Positions 26,784-36,611 of a DNA stretch of 46,412 nucleotides are shown piece after piece. The translations under genes were made by a program, and so were the position numbers. Origin of the DNA: an uncultured archaeon (GTDB lineage: Archaea; Thermoplasmatota; Penumbrarchaeia; JASLWR01). Every line of letters starts with the position of its first letter. The first letter of the stretch is position 1. The DNA is taken from the NCBI GenBank assembly GCA_964430885.1, contig CAYSHM010000027.1, forward strand, positions 1 through 46,412, written 5' to 3'. Under the pieces are notes generated by a model. It saw only the letters and a program-made list of their open reading frames with translations, was not told the DNA's origin and ran no database searches.

Positions 26784-27878
26784 TTATCGGCCTTGTTTTG
26801 ACTTCAGAATCTTAGCCAGCCTTTCGTTCTCGTCATCATCTCCAAGAACCACAACTATATCCTTCTCTGCTATTTTCAGTGCAGCCTCGGGATTGGAGAT
26901 CAGATCCCAGTTTCTCGGGCTTTCCTTTCTCGCACCTTTCTTGGGTTCGTATTTGCCCAAAGCAACAAGGAGCGGCCCCTTCATTGAATAAGATTTTTCC
27001 CTAAACTTTTTTACAGACATACCGTTGGCAAAGGAGTCATGTGATATCGTGTACTGCTGAAGATCATATCCGGCAGTGGCGGATGTAACATCCTCAACGA
27101 AGAGAGCCACCTCGGGTTCGAAGGCTGCGCTTGCAACCATCCTTCCAGTCATTTCGCTTGGTGAAGAAACATAGGTAACACCAGCGGAATAGAGCGTGTT
27201 CTTGAGTTCGTCCTGGTTAATGGACACGATCATTCTTGCATTGGGGTTCAGCTGTTTAGCCATCAGGGATACTATGAGAGATTCAGTATCATCGTTTGTG
27301 GCTATGATGATGGTTTTCGCACCTTTGATATTGGCCCTGTCAAGCACCTTCTCGCTCTTGTAATCCCCGAAAACCGTATAGAGATATTTTTTTCTGCCTA
27401 GATCTCTTATTTTCGGAATATCGTCAGCGTTATCAGAGACAACTACTGTTTTCTGCTCGGCTGCAAGCAGTTCAACCAGGGTTACATTGCTCATACTGAT
27501 CCAACCGACCAGCACAGCATGGTTCTTGAATGTTGTACCGTCCATACCTAACTCCTCTCTTCTTCTTGCTTCATTGAATGCGTCGCTGATCTGACCTATC
27601 AGAGCGCCCAAAAATGTGAATGTGAACACTATCAGGAAAAATGCCGCCACCTTTCCTTCAGTTGTTACCGGAAATCTATCGCCGTATCCTACGGTGGAAA
27701 GGGTAACTATACCGTACCAGAATGAATCCGCAAAATCATCTGGTCCCGAGTAACCGTCATCCCTGTCCTTTGGTTCCTCATATTCCGTGTAAAAGAATAA
27801 AATTGAGCTAATTATGAAAACGACCATGAAAATAGCGAATAGCTTCCAGACCCTTTTGAAAAAGAATGTCATAACCAT
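26784..27878 (-). CDS. Two-TM potassium channel with RCK (TrkA-N/C) domain, MthK-like
   Basis: Selectivity filter TLSTVGYGD and RCK motifs (GD.....L.RANI..A..IIIAT.DD). Likely start ATG 27878; the ORF extends to 27962. Confidence 0.9.
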   Translation of the reverse strand: MVMTFFFKRVWKLFAIFMVVFIISSILFFYTEYEEPKDRDDGYSGPDDFADSFWYGIVTLSTVGYGDRFPVTTEGKVAAFFLIVFTFTFLGALIGQISDAFNEARRREELGMDGTTFKNHAVLVGWISMSNVTLVELLAAEQKTVVVSDNADDIPKIRDLGRKKYLYTVFGDYKSEKVLDRANIKGAKTIIIATNDDTESLIVSLMAKQLNPNARMIVSINQDELKNTLYSAGVTYVSSPSEMTGRMVASAAFEPEVALFVEDVTSATAGYDLQQYTISHDSFANGMSVKKFREKSYSMKGPLLVALGKYEPKKGARKESPRNWDLISNPEAALKIAEKDIVVVLGDDDENERLAKILKSKQGR

Positions 27879-28092
27879 ACGATCAAACGAGCAAATGGAA
27901 TTAGCATATATAAAAGCATTTCCAAACCAGAATAATATTAATGAAAATAATTGAACCTTCATTCGGAAAAGGATATGAAGGTATCAGAAAGATCACCGAA
28001 GGGTTAGGAATTAGTCCCAAATAATTATTCAAATCAGAACTCGTGGAAAAAATTTGTATTTCATTAACAGCAATATGCTATTTGTGAACAAT

Positions 28093-28668
28093 ATGAAGGC
28101 ATATATGCTCATGAACATCCGATCGTATTTCAGTGGAATGGAGCCCCAGGTTAAAACAGAGGTGAAAATTACAGTTCCCTGAGATGATGAAATTCTAATA
28201 AAGGTCAGATCCTATGGGGTATGCCATACTGAATGGGATCAGGTCGAGGGCCTGATACCGCGGTACCTCAGCCCGATAATTCCAGGCCATCAGGCCGTGA
28301 GCGATGTTGTTAATATGGGAAACAGGTGTTCAGAGTTCAATGAAGGTGACCGGGTCGGAGTGGGATGGTCCCATTTAAGCTGCGGAAAATGCGGTTTTTG
28401 TAGGGAGGGTATGACCAATCTCTGTCTGGATTTCAAGGCTACAGGGTGTAATGTGAACGGCGGTTATGCCGAGTATATGACAGTACCTGAAAGTTCTGCA
28501 TCCCGAATACCGGTGGTTCTTTCGGATGATGAATCCGCTCCTCTTCTCTGCCCAGGGGCCATTGGGTACCGGTCCCTGAGGCCGACAGGTTTGAAGAATG
28601 GAGGAAATCTAGGTCTGACAGGTTTCATAATAATTGCCATTATTGATTATTTTAGAATAGAATATTGA
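28093..28668 (+). pseudogene. Zn-dependent alcohol dehydrogenase pseudogene
   Basis: ATG 28093, then in-frame TGA at 28180-28182, then EILIKV..YGVCHTE, IIPGHQ, CGKCGFC...TNLC and GGYAEY. Similarity stops at GLTGF, where the NAD-binding loop begins, so the C-terminal half is missing. Confidence 0.85.
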
Positions 28669-28931
28669 ATAATTTTCGGATGAAAATTTTTGGATGTTTA
28701 AACTGCATCGGAGAATAATTGATCAGTTTTTTACAGCAAATCCGGTTGAGTTTGCACAAAATGGAAGCGTAAGTTAGATATATAATCAAACCACTGATGA
28801 ATGATTCAGTTTAAATAGTAGTTTAGGTCTTTTTACAGGGGCTCTGCAAATATTCAGTTCATGATAGTTCATGATTTTTAGAAGGGCCTTAAGGAAGTCC
28901 TGGATTCCTGTTATAAGCAGCGGTAGATATC

Positions 28932-29852
28932 GTGTCGGAAAAGGGAAAATCTAAAAAGAGGAATGTCAAAACAGTTATCAATTCCAGCGGCCTCACAGGC
29001 CTTACCACAATTCTTTTCATAATGATGATCCTATCAACAGCAGTTTCTGTATATGCTGATTCCCATGGGGAAATCCGTAAAGAATCTTTTAAAACAAAGA
29101 CCGAGGACGAGCCCGGAGTGGTTTACCAGATTGATGTGGCAACCAGCCGTCCCAACAGAATAGCTGTGATGGATGTCAAGGATTGGGGCATTATAACCAT
29201 CGAGCTTTACGACAATCTCACACCGATAACCACTGGTAACTTTGTCAGGTTGGCCGACAGCGGTTTTTACGAAGGCATCAAATTCCACCGATGCATTGAC
29301 GATTTCGTGGCTCAGACAGGAGATCCCAATACCAAGGATAACAATCCCTATAATGACGGTATGGGAGGTTCCGGGGAGACCATTCCTCTGGAGCTACACC
29401 CCAATGCTACCCATGTGGATGGTGCTGTGGGGATGGCCAGAAGCGAGGAGCCGGATACTGCTTCATCCCAGTTTTACATATGCGACGGTCCCCAGCACGG
29501 TCTGGATGACAAGGAGAGAATGCAGAAATCTGGAAGCCACGGTTATGCTGTATTCGGACGGGTGATCGACGGACTGCCGATAGCCAAGAACATTGCCGGT
29601 ACTGAGACCTACGGAAACAGAAGACCTCTTCTGAAGGACCATCCGGTGGATGATATAGTCATAACTTCCGTTACGATAATCACACCAGAACCTGAGAATT
29701 ATAACGAACAGCAGCTGTCCCAGGGAAATGCCTCATTCATTGAACGGCTGAGCGAAGTCACATCTGGTCCATGGGGTGCGCTTGTAGGGGTGGATATGGT
29801 AGTTGTTGTGCTTTTGATTTTATGGGTGGCGGTTTTCAGAAAAAGGGAATGA
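28932..29852 (+). CDS. Cyclophilin-type peptidyl-prolyl isomerase with N-terminal signal and C-terminal TM anchor
   Basis: FYEGIKFHRCIDDFVAQTGDP, GAVGMAR, ASSQFYI and YAVFGRV motifs. Both termini are hydrophobic. Confidence 0.9.
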   Translation: MSEKGKSKKRNVKTVINSSGLTGLTTILFIMMILSTAVSVYADSHGEIRKESFKTKTEDEPGVVYQIDVATSRPNRIAVMDVKDWGIITIELYDNLTPITTGNFVRLADSGFYEGIKFHRCIDDFVAQTGDPNTKDNNPYNDGMGGSGETIPLELHPNATHVDGAVGMARSEEPDTASSQFYICDGPQHGLDDKERMQKSGSHGYAVFGRVIDGLPIAKNIAGTETYGNRRPLLKDHPVDDIVITSVTIITPEPENYNEQQLSQGNASFIERLSEVTSGPWGALVGVDMVVVVLLILWVAVFRKRE

Positions 29853-29878
29853 GATGGAGCAGGATTATCAGCTCCATC
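29853..29878. terminator. Inverted repeat between convergent genes
   Basis: GATGGAGC (29853-29860) and GCTCCATC (29871-29878) form a perfect 8-bp stem in the 32-bp gap. Confidence 0.5.
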
Positions 29879-29884
29879 ATGCCA

Positions 29885-31780
29885 TTATTTCTTGCCGTAA
29901 CCGATTATATGGACGTTCTTCTTGATCTTATCTAACGCATCTGGATTGGCTATAGTTGACGGAATATTGTAGTCCTCGCCGTTTACAATACTTCGAAGGG
30001 TCCTTCTAAGAGTCTTACCTGATCTGGTCTGGGGAAGATCAGATACGATTAGCACTTTTCTGAAACAGGCTATGGGACCAATCTCAGCCCTCACGGCCTT
30101 CACCAGTTCTGCTTCCAGCTCATCCTGTTCTCTCTCACTTCCTGCCTTGAGCACCACGAAACCCACAGGAACCTCACCTCTGAGGTTGTCATTTGCTCCC
30201 ACCACCGAAGCGGATGCCACATCAGGGTTCTGGGCCAGAATCTCCTCCATAGCTCCGGTTGAAAGACGGTGACCCGCTACATTTATGATATCATCCACCC
30301 TTCCCATGATGTAAACATAATCTTCATTGTCCATGTATCCCCCATCACCGGTATAATAATATCCAGGATATGGACTCAGGTAAGAGTTCACATAGCGCTC
30401 GTCATCATTCCACAGGGTTATTAGAGTACCTGGAGGCAGGGGGGTCTTAACAGCTATAACACCCTGTTCTCCCCGTTTTACCTCTTTTCCATCCTCGTCA
30501 AGAATTTTCACATCATAACCTGGAACCGATTTTGTTGCCGAACCAGGTTTAACAGGGAACATCTCCATACCTTTGAAGTTTCCCACAATGGCCCAACCAG
30601 TTTCGGTTTGCCACCAATGATCAATTACTGGAACGCCCAAATGCTCTTGGGACCATAGAAGGGTATCCGGATCGCATCTTTCCCCTGCTAGGAAAAGGGT
30701 GTCCAGTGAAGACATGTCGAATTTTTTCATGTATTCTCCATTAGGATCCTCTCTTTTGATAGCCCTAATTGCAGTGGGTGCTGTGAAAAGAGCCCTTACT
30801 CTGTATTCGGATATTATGCGCCAGAATGCGCCGGGATCGGGGGTTCCGATGGGTTTCCCCTCGAACATCACCGTGGCAGCTCCCAGAAGCAGGGGTGCGT
30901 ACACGATATATGAATGTCCCACTACCCAGCCAACATCAGAGGCAGCCCAGTATACATCTCCCTTTTCCATACCGTATATATGCTTCATGCTCCATTTCAA
31001 GGCTACCGCATGGCCTCCATTGTCCCTTACGATGCCCTTAGGTTTTCCGGTTGTCCCGGAGGTGTACAGGATGTAAAGTGGATGATTTGAATCCAGCGGA
31101 ATGCATTCTGCAGGCGCTGCATCCTTGATAACATCTCTCCAGTACAGGTCTCTTCCCTCTATCATGGGTTCAACCTTTTGCTGTTCTCTTTCCAGTATAA
31201 CACATTTCTCAGGTTTATGATCCGCTATCTGAATGGCTTCATCGACCAGGGGTTTGTAGGGAAGCACCCTGTATTTCTCTATTCCGCATGAAGCTGTTAT
31301 TATAAGCTTGGGTTCTGCATCATCGATCCTGATAGCCAGTTCTTTGGGCGCGAATCCACCGAAAACAACTGAGTGAATTGCGCCTATCCTGGCGCAGGCC
31401 AGCATGGAAATCAGGGCTTCAGGTATCATTGGCATATAAATGATCACGGTGTCTCCCTTTCTAAGACCCTGTTCCTTCAAACCGCCTGCTAGTACAGCTA
31501 TGCGGTCCCTGAGCTGACTGTATGTGATCTTCTCCTTGGTATCCGTAACCGGACTGTCGTAGATGACAGCAGTCAGATCCCCGCTTCCGTTCTCAACGTG
31601 GATGTCCACAGCATTGTAGCATGTGTTCAGTTCTCCACCCTTGAACCATTTGTAGAACTTTCCGTCAGGATTGTCCAGGACCTTGTCCCATTTTCGATAC
31701 CAGTGTATATCCGAGGCCACCTCGCCCCAGAAATCGTCAGGTCTCTCTAAAGACCTCTTGAAAACCTCATTGTAATTCAT
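29885..31780 (-). CDS. prpE: Propionyl-CoA synthetase / short-chain acyl-CoA ligase (AMP-forming)
   Basis: YILYTSGTTGKPKG, RDNGGHAVALKWSM, DHWWQTETG, NVAGHRLSTG and TRSGK motifs. Confidence 0.85.
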   Translation of the reverse strand: MNYNEVFKRSLERPDDFWGEVASDIHWYRKWDKVLDNPDGKFYKWFKGGELNTCYNAVDIHVENGSGDLTAVIYDSPVTDTKEKITYSQLRDRIAVLAGGLKEQGLRKGDTVIIYMPMIPEALISMLACARIGAIHSVVFGGFAPKELAIRIDDAEPKLIITASCGIEKYRVLPYKPLVDEAIQIADHKPEKCVILEREQQKVEPMIEGRDLYWRDVIKDAAPAECIPLDSNHPLYILYTSGTTGKPKGIVRDNGGHAVALKWSMKHIYGMEKGDVYWAASDVGWVVGHSYIVYAPLLLGAATVMFEGKPIGTPDPGAFWRIISEYRVRALFTAPTAIRAIKREDPNGEYMKKFDMSSLDTLFLAGERCDPDTLLWSQEHLGVPVIDHWWQTETGWAIVGNFKGMEMFPVKPGSATKSVPGYDVKILDEDGKEVKRGEQGVIAVKTPLPPGTLITLWNDDERYVNSYLSPYPGYYYTGDGGYMDNEDYVYIMGRVDDIINVAGHRLSTGAMEEILAQNPDVASASVVGANDNLRGEVPVGFVVLKAGSEREQDELEAELVKAVRAEIGPIACFRKVLIVSDLPQTRSGKTLRRTLRSIVNGEDYNIPSTIANPDALDKIKKNVHIIGYGKK

Positions 31781-31934
31781 TTTTTCACCTGTTTATACTG
31801 AGCTTTTTAAAGTTTACGGAGCTGCCGTTCCCTAATTATCTGCAACTGATGGCTTTACTGAATTTCTAATAGGACTTGATGTATTTGAAGTGATAATGAA
31901 GTGATGAACCCGGAAGAGCTTTGTACGCCTTATT

Positions 31935-33071
31935 CTACAGTGCTCGGGATATGACGAGTTTCATTATCTCAGATGTTCCCTCGTAGATCTCGGTCACCTT
32001 CGCATCCCTGTAAAATCTCTCTACGGGATAATCCGTGGTATAACCGTATCCGCCCAGGACCTGGACCGCCTCCCTTGTTACATCCACCGCTATCTTCGAG
32101 GAAAAATATTTGGCCATGGCGGCTTCCTTTGTTACCTTTTTTGCACCCTGATCCACCATGCTGGCAGCTCTGTAGACGAGAAGTCTTGCAGCGTCCACTT
32201 TTGTTGCCATCACCGCCAGTTTGAAGGAAACACCCTGGAACCTGTTAATGGCGGAGCCGAACTGTTTTCTTTCCTTGGAATATTTCACAGCCTCGTCAAG
32301 TGCCGCCTGGGCAATACCTACTGCCTGGGCACCTATACTGATCCGGCTTGTATCCAGAACTGAAAGAGCATTGTAAAGGCCGTGACCCACTTCTCCGAGG
32401 ACATTCTCATCAGGCACAAAACAATTATCCAAATTAACCTCGGTGATGACAGAGGAGTGAAGTCCCATCTTTCTCTCCTCTTTTCCGTAGCTCAAACCCT
32501 CGGACCCTTTCTCCACAAGGAAGGTGGTTATGCCTCCAGTTCCCTTTGATGGGTCTGTGACTGCCATGAGCATGGTGATATCAGCCTTGTTGCCGCTGGT
32601 AACGAAGGTCTTCATACCGTTGAGTATCCACCCTCCTTCAGTCTTCTCGGCCTTTGTCTTGATGCGGGATGCATCGGACCCGACATCTGGTTCAGTCAGG
32701 GAAAATGCACCGAGTTTCTCCCCTGAGCAAAGGGGCGGCAGCATCCTGTTCTTCTGTTCCTCATTTCCCAGTTTATAGAGAGGATAGGCACAGTCAGATA
32801 CATGAACCGCAAGTATGACACCTAGGGATGCCCACATTCGAGAGATCTCCTCCACCACGGTGATGTATGTCAGGTGGTTTGTTCCAGCTCCTCCGAACTC
32901 ATCAGGTATTGGAAGCCCCATGATTCCCAGTTCGCCCATTTTCTTGAGTATATCCCATGGGAATTCGTGCTTTTCTTCCATATCTTGGATCACGGGAATG
33001 ATCTCCCTTTCTCCGAAATCCCTGATCATGTCCCTGATCATTATCTGTTCATCGTTTAGTTGGAAATCCAT
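31935..33071 (-). CDS. Acyl-CoA dehydrogenase (short/branched-chain type)
   Basis: FSLTEPDVGSD, LNGMKTFVT, RKQFG, QVLGGYGY and IYEGTSEI motifs. Confidence 0.93.
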   Translation of the reverse strand: MDFQLNDEQIMIRDMIRDFGEREIIPVIQDMEEKHEFPWDILKKMGELGIMGLPIPDEFGGAGTNHLTYITVVEEISRMWASLGVILAVHVSDCAYPLYKLGNEEQKNRMLPPLCSGEKLGAFSLTEPDVGSDASRIKTKAEKTEGGWILNGMKTFVTSGNKADITMLMAVTDPSKGTGGITTFLVEKGSEGLSYGKEERKMGLHSSVITEVNLDNCFVPDENVLGEVGHGLYNALSVLDTSRISIGAQAVGIAQAALDEAVKYSKERKQFGSAINRFQGVSFKLAVMATKVDAARLLVYRAASMVDQGAKKVTKEAAMAKYFSSKIAVDVTREAVQVLGGYGYTTDYPVERFYRDAKVTEIYEGTSEIMKLVISRAL

Positions 33072-33074
33072 GAC

Positions 33075-33899
33075 CTATTCACCTTTGAACTCTGGTTTTC
33101 TCTTCTCATTGAAGGCTTTCATCCCTTCCGCCTGATCATGTCCGCTGAAAAGACCGCCGAACTCCTTTGCCTCGAGCTCAAGGCCCTCGGCCAGTGTCAT
33201 ATTGAGACCCTGATCTATGGCTTTTTTGGATGCCGCAACAGCTACAGGACCCTTGGTGGCTATCTTCTTGGCCATATCCACTGCCGCCTTTACCACGGGT
33301 TCGTTATCCTGTATGGGCCGTCCCTTTTCGTTCTTCAAAAGGTTTCCCTTTTCATCCTTCTTGAAACCGTCAACAAGTCCCTGGGCAAGACCAATCGCCA
33401 ATGCTTCCTCAGCACCTATGATGTCCCCTGTGAAGATGAGCTCCTTTGCCTTTCCAGCTCCGACATAGCGGGGCAGCCGCTGGGTGCCTCCGAAACCGGG
33501 GATCACTCCCAGGCCTACTTCAGGCTGTCCGAACTTGGCGGCCTGTGAAGCTATCCTGATGTCGCATGCCATTGCCAGTTCTGTTCCTCCGCCCAGGGCA
33601 AACCCGTTAACTGCGGCGATCACTGGTTTTGGAAGGGCTTCAAACCTGTCAAAGACCGTCTGTCCCTTTCTGGCGAATTCATAAGCTTCTGAAGCATCCA
33701 TGTTCATCATCTCCTTGATGTCTGCTCCAGCCACAAAGGCTCTTCCGTTCCCGGTGAGGACTACCGCCAGGGAATCATCCTCATATATCTCGTCCAGAAC
33801 CTTGTTAAGTTCTTCAAGCATTGCGGTGTTCAATACGTTCATCGGTGGATTGTTCAGGGTTATAATGGCTACCCTGCCTTCCCTTGTGATATCAATCAT
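33075..33899 (-). CDS. crt: Enoyl-CoA hydratase (crotonase)
   Basis: AFVAGADIKE, ALGGGTELA and GQPEVGLGVIPGFGGTQRL motifs. An AGGAGG RBS supports ATG 33899 as the start. Confidence 0.9.
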   Translation of the reverse strand: MIDITREGRVAIITLNNPPMNVLNTAMLEELNKVLDEIYEDDSLAVVLTGNGRAFVAGADIKEMMNMDASEAYEFARKGQTVFDRFEALPKPVIAAVNGFALGGGTELAMACDIRIASQAAKFGQPEVGLGVIPGFGGTQRLPRYVGAGKAKELIFTGDIIGAEEALAIGLAQGLVDGFKKDEKGNLLKNEKGRPIQDNEPVVKAAVDMAKKIATKGPVAVAASKKAIDQGLNMTLAEGLELEAKEFGGLFSGHDQAEGMKAFNEKRKPEFKGE

Positions 33900-34079
33900 T
33901 TCATCTCCTCCTTGATAAATTAAATGAATTTCATTCATCTCAAATCAGTTCAAATACTGTGATAGGTCTGAATATTGATCCATTCTTGTATGAATCCCTT
34001 TTGTATCTCCGGTGCATTGCTTTTACCTTTTTGCAAAATGCAAGTCCGGTTTTATGGAATTTTATGGAAACTTTGACAT

Positions 34080-34934
34080 TTATTTTCTGTAGTCATAGAA
34101 TCCGATCTTGGTCTTTCTTCCCAATCTGCCCGCAGCCACCATCTTCTTGAGAAGGGGACATGGCCTGTACTTGGAATCAGAGAAACCGTCATACAGCACT
34201 TCCATGATATGAAGACAGGTGTCAAGTCCTATGAGATCCGCAAGCTGAAGCGGTCCCATGGGATGGTTCATTCCAAGCTTCATGACACTGTCGATTGCCT
34301 CCTTCTCGGCCACCCCTTCCATGAGAGCATATACTGCCTCGTTGATCATAGGGAGAAGTATCCGGTTGGATACGAATCCCGGGAAATCGTTGACCTCCAC
34401 AGGGATCTTTCCCATCTCCTTGGAGAGCTCAACGATTATGTCTGTGGTCTTGTCAGAGGTGCCCAGGCCCTTGATCACCTCAATAAGCTTCATAATGGGG
34501 ACCGGGTTCATGAAGTGCATGCCTATAAACTTGTCAGCTCTCTTGGTGGCAGAGGCCATTTCGGTGATGGGTATGGTGGAAGTGTTGGATGCCAGAATTG
34601 TTTCAGGCGGGCAGATTTCCTCCAGTTTGGAAAAAAGGTCCTTCTTGATATTTACATCCTCAATAATTGCCTCTATAACAAGGTCGCATTCGGCCATCCT
34701 GGTAAGCTCAGTGGTGATGTCTATCTTGGATAGAATGTTCTCCTTGTCCTCAGGCGTGATCCGTTCCTTCTTGATAAGATAGTCCATGCTCCCGGCGATC
34801 TTGTTGTATCCGCTTTCTACAAATTCCTGTTTAATATCGTGCATGATAACATTGTATCCCGTTTTTGCAGCGACCTGGGTTATACCGTGTCCCATGGTGC
34901 CCGCGCCTATAACACCGATCTTTTTCAGTTCCAT
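34080..34934 (-). CDS. hbd: 3-hydroxybutyryl-/3-hydroxyacyl-CoA dehydrogenase
   Basis: VIGAGTMGHGI, ASNTST, GMHFMNP and HPMGPL motifs. GAGGAG RBS before ATG 34934. Confidence 0.93.
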   Translation of the reverse strand: MELKKIGVIGAGTMGHGITQVAAKTGYNVIMHDIKQEFVESGYNKIAGSMDYLIKKERITPEDKENILSKIDITTELTRMAECDLVIEAIIEDVNIKKDLFSKLEEICPPETILASNTSTIPITEMASATKRADKFIGMHFMNPVPIMKLIEVIKGLGTSDKTTDIIVELSKEMGKIPVEVNDFPGFVSNRILLPMINEAVYALMEGVAEKEAIDSVMKLGMNHPMGPLQLADLIGLDTCLHIMEVLYDGFSDSKYRPCPLLKKMVAAGRLGRKTKIGFYDYRK

Positions 34935-35261
34935 TGTATCTCCTCGAAATCCTATTTTATAGTTCATCTGAACATAGGTTCTATTGGCTTCTCCCGGGAC
35001 CTAGCTTCAACAAGATAGGGTGGGTTTCGTACGACAATCTATTATACCGTATATCATTAGAAATCAAGCCAAATAGTTATTGTCACCTCATACAAGATAG
35101 GTTTATATTATTTTCTATAATCTATTCTCCAAGGGATAAATCCACGGGTATAACTACTTGTTTTTTACAGTCCTCTGATAGTATCTTGTGTTGGTAATTT
35201 AATATTTTTAATTGTAATGGTTTATTATTCAAATGAAGTCCTGGAAAACTCAACTTTGATA

Positions 35262-35275
35262 TTATGAATTCATAA
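35262..35275. promoter_or_regulatory. Perfect 14-bp palindrome in the divergent promoter region of the acyl-CoA cluster
   Basis: TTATGAATTCATAA lies just upstream of an AT-rich TATA-like stretch and the acd start. Confidence 0.35.
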
Positions 35276-35340
35276 GTATGTAATAAATATTAAGTAGTAA
35301 AGAATGATTAGACCTTGGCGCTATTGATGAGGTGTTTATC

Positions 35341-36561
35341 ATGGAGTTCGAGCTTACTGAAGAACAGCTTCTTATTAAGGAATCCGTAAGGGATTGGTGC
35401 AGCAGAAATCTGTCCTTGGAAAAGGTCGCAGAGATGGAAAGAAAGGGTTATCCATATCCAAAAGAGATATCAAAAGGTCTAGGTGAACTGGGCGTCATTA
35501 TGGGTACGGTTCCTATAGAGCACGGCGGACAGGGCTTGGATTGGCTTACTCAGACACTTATAGCCGAGGAAATAGGCTATGCTGATGTAACCATTTCCAC
35601 TGCAGCAGCCTTTATGGCAGTCATGACTGGATGGGGATGGACCATAGACAAGAATTGCAGTGAAAAGGTTAGGGAGGAGTTCATCCGGCCGGCCATCAGA
35701 GGTGAGAAGTTCGCAGGTATAGCTGTCACCGAACCCGGGGGCGGATCTGATGTGGCGAATTTCAAATCTACAGCCAAGAAGGACGGAGACCACTGGATAT
35801 TGAACGGTGAGAAGACCTTCATCTCCGGTGTTGAGGAAGCACGGGAGTGGGGTGGAGGTTATTGGGTAAACGTGAGGACCGGACCGAAGATACCTGATGC
35901 CGCTCACAAGAACATGACAGCTTTCTGGGTGCCTGTGGATTCCGAAGGTTTCCATCCGGATGTTCCCTACAGGGACGCAGGAAGGCACTCCCTGTCAACA
36001 TCAGGATTCAGAATGGAGAACTTGAGGATACCAGATGAATACCGACTCTCCGAAGTGGGCAAGGGATTCTACGCCACAATGGAGGGTTTTGACAATGCTA
36101 GGATCCTTATCGGTGCCAGTTCAGTAGGTGTCACCCAGCGGCTTCTTGAGGTTGCTATGGACTACATCAAAGAGAGAATGGTTTTCGGCAAACCTTTGGC
36201 CAAATACGAGGGTATCCAGTTTGAACTGGCCGAGCTCTACAGGGAGATGGAGGCAACCAGACTTATGACCTACAAGACCGCATGGATGCAGGATATGAGA
36301 TACAAGGAAGGCAAGTACAAACCCACAGAGGTTGCCAAGTGGATTTCCATGGTCAAATGGAAGGCGCCCCATCTTGCCCTGGAGGCTGCAAATAAAACAA
36401 TGCACTGGCTCGGAGCAGCAGGATACACTGACGAATATCCCATGGAGATGGCCTGGAGAGGCGTGATGTCCTATTGTGTAGGAGCCGAGGGCGGCGAGAA
36501 CATCCAGAAGATAGTTGTGGGCCGAGAGCTTCTTGGGAAGGATTTCGTCCCTTACAAGTAA
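35341..36561 (+). CDS. Acyl-CoA dehydrogenase, first gene of the acd-etfB-etfA unit
   Basis: VTEPGGGSD, LNGEKTFIS, RMVFG, HWLGAAGY and GAEGGENIQK motifs. GAGGTG RBS before ATG 35341. Confidence 0.9.
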   Translation: MEFELTEEQLLIKESVRDWCSRNLSLEKVAEMERKGYPYPKEISKGLGELGVIMGTVPIEHGGQGLDWLTQTLIAEEIGYADVTISTAAAFMAVMTGWGWTIDKNCSEKVREEFIRPAIRGEKFAGIAVTEPGGGSDVANFKSTAKKDGDHWILNGEKTFISGVEEAREWGGGYWVNVRTGPKIPDAAHKNMTAFWVPVDSEGFHPDVPYRDAGRHSLSTSGFRMENLRIPDEYRLSEVGKGFYATMEGFDNARILIGASSVGVTQRLLEVAMDYIKERMVFGKPLAKYEGIQFELAELYREMEATRLMTYKTAWMQDMRYKEGKYKPTEVAKWISMVKWKAPHLALEAANKTMHWLGAAGYTDEYPMEMAWRGVMSYCVGAEGGENIQKIVVGRELLGKDFVPYK

Positions 36562-36611
36562 ATGAAATTTTTAAGATATTGAAAAATTATAATATTCTAT
36601 GGAGTGAGAGA

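Noticed and set aside
28180-28182. In-frame TGA as a selenocysteine or readthrough codon
   Set aside because: It is not at a Cys-equivalent position, and the gene is also truncated at the NAD-binding motif, so a pseudogene is the simpler explanation.
31895-31960. GTGATGA as box C of a C/D sRNA
   Set aside because: There is no CTGA box D at a suitable distance downstream.
35024-35038. TCGTACGA dyad upstream of hbd as an operator
   Set aside because: Only 8 bp are perfect and there is a single occurrence, which is not distinguishable from chance.
36474-36611. N-terminal extension of EtfB
   Set aside because: It overlaps the acd coding sequence. The family-typical start MKIVVCVKQ begins at 36612.
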